From Nymphaea colorata (lineage: Eukaryota): DNA of 64,000 nucleotides. Every line of letters begins with the position of its first letter. Within the stretch, counting starts at the first letter, position 1. The notes beneath the pieces were generated by a model. The model did no database searches. It was not told the origin of the DNA and saw only the letters and a list, made by a program, of their open reading frames with translations. The translations under genes and the position numbers were made by a program. The stretch lies in assembly GCF_008831285.2 (NCBI RefSeq), contig NC_045138.2, positions 42,036,001 through 42,100,000 on the forward strand. The letters run 5' to 3'. Shown piece by piece: positions 63,540-64,000 of this stretch.

Positions 63540-64000
63540 CAAATATACCCCATGAATGCATAACACATCCTTAAAGTCATGAGGTTGCTTCATTGCTTTG
63601 AATTTTAATTGTTCTCAAATATGTTACATAAAAAAGACCAGATTCAAAGTGCACTTCAATAAAGAAGCCCAAAACTGGTTGACATCATCTTTACCACTCA
63701 TCCAAGTCCACTCTTTAACAATAAAGCATGAATTCTGCTCCAGCAACAATTCCCCAACCACTATCAGCACACATCATGAGGAAACTCCCGGCACCCTAGC
63801 TATTCATCTTTAATCCAGCCAGGAAGTCCGAACCAGAATTATCCAAGTTTCATCATCATTTTTTGGTCATGCATAACCAGAAGGCAATGTATCACATGAG
63901 GTCTTGTCCAAATATAGTAAACCATCAAACATGTTTTTAGCTTCATCATCCAACTTACCATAGTGCATACATCATAGTCCACTTCATTCAGTTCATACCC
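63540..64000 (-). pseudogene. Decayed PLS-class pentatricopeptide-repeat (PPR) gene fragment, running to window end
   Basis: Frame-shifted pieces HYGKLDDEAKNMFDGLLYLDKTSCDTLPSGYA, IHALLLKSGLG and KIQSNEAT resemble PPR consensus pieces (CGxLDDAxxVFDxM..DVxSWNTLISGYA; QIHALxxKSG; IQPNEAT). Confidence 0.5.

Overview
A repeat-rich flowering-plant genomic window with one clearly intact host gene: an intronless, plant-specific, largely disordered protein at 50549-51682 (+). LTR retrotransposons: an internally deleted copia remnant (~6.4-8.3 kb), the 3.06-kb 3' LTR plus integrase/chromodomain tail of a Ty3/gypsy chromovirus (9842-13480), and an Ale-like copia (21227-31322) with a Reina-like chromovirus nested in its integrase (23536-28354, TTTTG TSD). 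DNA transposons: an Ac-like hAT whose transposase is broken by one Trp->stop change and which carries a palindromic AAACGG subterminal array; a 3.7-kb PIF/Harbinger-like element carrying a single 70-nt NPH3/NRL-family BTB exon; and two copies of a non-autonomous hAT carrying a WAC-domain exon, placed in inverted orientation on either side of the host gene. MITEs, a foldback element, many short tandem duplications, microsatellites and a decayed PPR fragment are also present. The most unusual structure is the inverted Pack-hAT pair around the gene. I cannot show from sequence alone that it is a new functional system. All family assignments come from motif recognition by eye, not database searches.
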